NCBI GenBank assembly: GCA_041391465.1 | Contig: JAWKNX010000006.1 | Coordinates: 32,789 to 96,788 of the forward strand | Direction: 5' to 3' | Length of the DNA: 64,000 nucleotides | From: Bdellovibrionales bacterium | GTDB lineage: Bacteria > Bdellovibrionota > Bdellovibrionia > Bdellovibrionales > UBA1609 | Part shown: positions 63,726 through 64,000 of the stretch, piece by piece | Layout of the letters: each line of letters starts with the position of its first letter | Numbering within the stretch: position 1 is the first letter of the stretch | Made by a program: the position numbers and the translations under genes | Notes under the pieces: model-generated | Told to the model about the DNA's origin: nothing | Databases searched by the model: none | What the model saw: the letters and a program-made list of their open reading frames with translations, nothing else

Positions 63726-64000
63726 ATGCGATTTTGCCTTTCAACCAGCCTAGCCCTTGCCGTTTCTAGCATGTTTTTCAGCTCGTCCTGGGCTCAAAGC
63801 ATCGACTGTGGCCCGATTGCTCGAAGTATTCAATCACAATCAGAAATCCATCATGTCTTAAACTGTTTAGAGGCCTATGCCATGGAAACTTTAAAACCTG
63901 GAGGCATTGGTTTTGAAGAAATGCAGTTCTTCACTAACGATATTTACGACAAGCATGGAGCACGCTTAAAAACCGATGGAACATATGGGCGGGGTCTCCA
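63726..64000 (+). CDS. secreted hypothetical protein (N-terminal part; runs off the window end)
   Basis: The ATG at 63726 gives the signal-like sequence MRFCLSTSLALAVSSMFFSSSWA/QS. The frame is open to the window end. Confidence 0.4.
   Translation, partial: MRFCLSTSLALAVSSMFFSSSWAQSIDCGPIARSIQSQSEIHHVLNCLEAYAMETLKPGGIGFEEMQFFTNDIYDKHGARLKTDGTYGRGL

Overview
This is an AT-rich (about 40% GC by eye) bacterial chromosomal segment. Its gene content looks like a Bdellovibrio-like or deltaproteobacterial-type Gram-negative, but that placement is only a tentative inference. Most of the window is housekeeping or envelope genes: an MBL hydrolase, a TolC-RND efflux pair, smr, orn, a K+ channel with a separate cNMP-binding protein, mtaB, mnmA, a cysteine desulfurase, tsaE, nnr, glmM, ybbR, cdaA, ftsH, tilS, glpX, pgsA, a P-type ATPase, ldhA, a Na/Pi cotransporter, tRNA-Gly(GCC), a desaturase, feoAB and a UbiB-like kinase. 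Many of these genes, including essential ones (ftsH, glmM, tilS, mnmA), are split into collinear ORF fragments. Two breaks I resolved by hand lie inside mononucleotide runs, so I treat the fragmentation as probable sequence or assembly indel error rather than real decay. The fragmented genes are typed 'pseudogene' only in that descriptive sense. The stand-out region is 30.2-43.5 kb. It holds five tandem minus-strand genes for secreted, cysteine-paired proteins, four of them internally duplicated, with no family I recognise. Each gene ends in its own hairpin, four of them clear intrinsic terminators. Three of the genes are preceded by copies of a conserved 150-270 bp intergenic block that contains a near-consensus sigma-54 -24/-12 element (TGGCATG-N4-TGTGCT). 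Immediately next to the array are a divergent secreted protein with two CXXCH motifs, a COG1033/MMPL-type RND exporter, a LolA-like periplasmic protein and a putative outer-membrane beta-barrel. Other observations are a FeeM-like acyltransferase apparently fused to PilZ, a 19-nt duplicate of the tRNA-Gly 3' end bounding a small GC-rich hairpin-rich island, and ldhA flanked by two truncated gene remnants. I saw no CRISPR array, transposase, integrase or rRNA.
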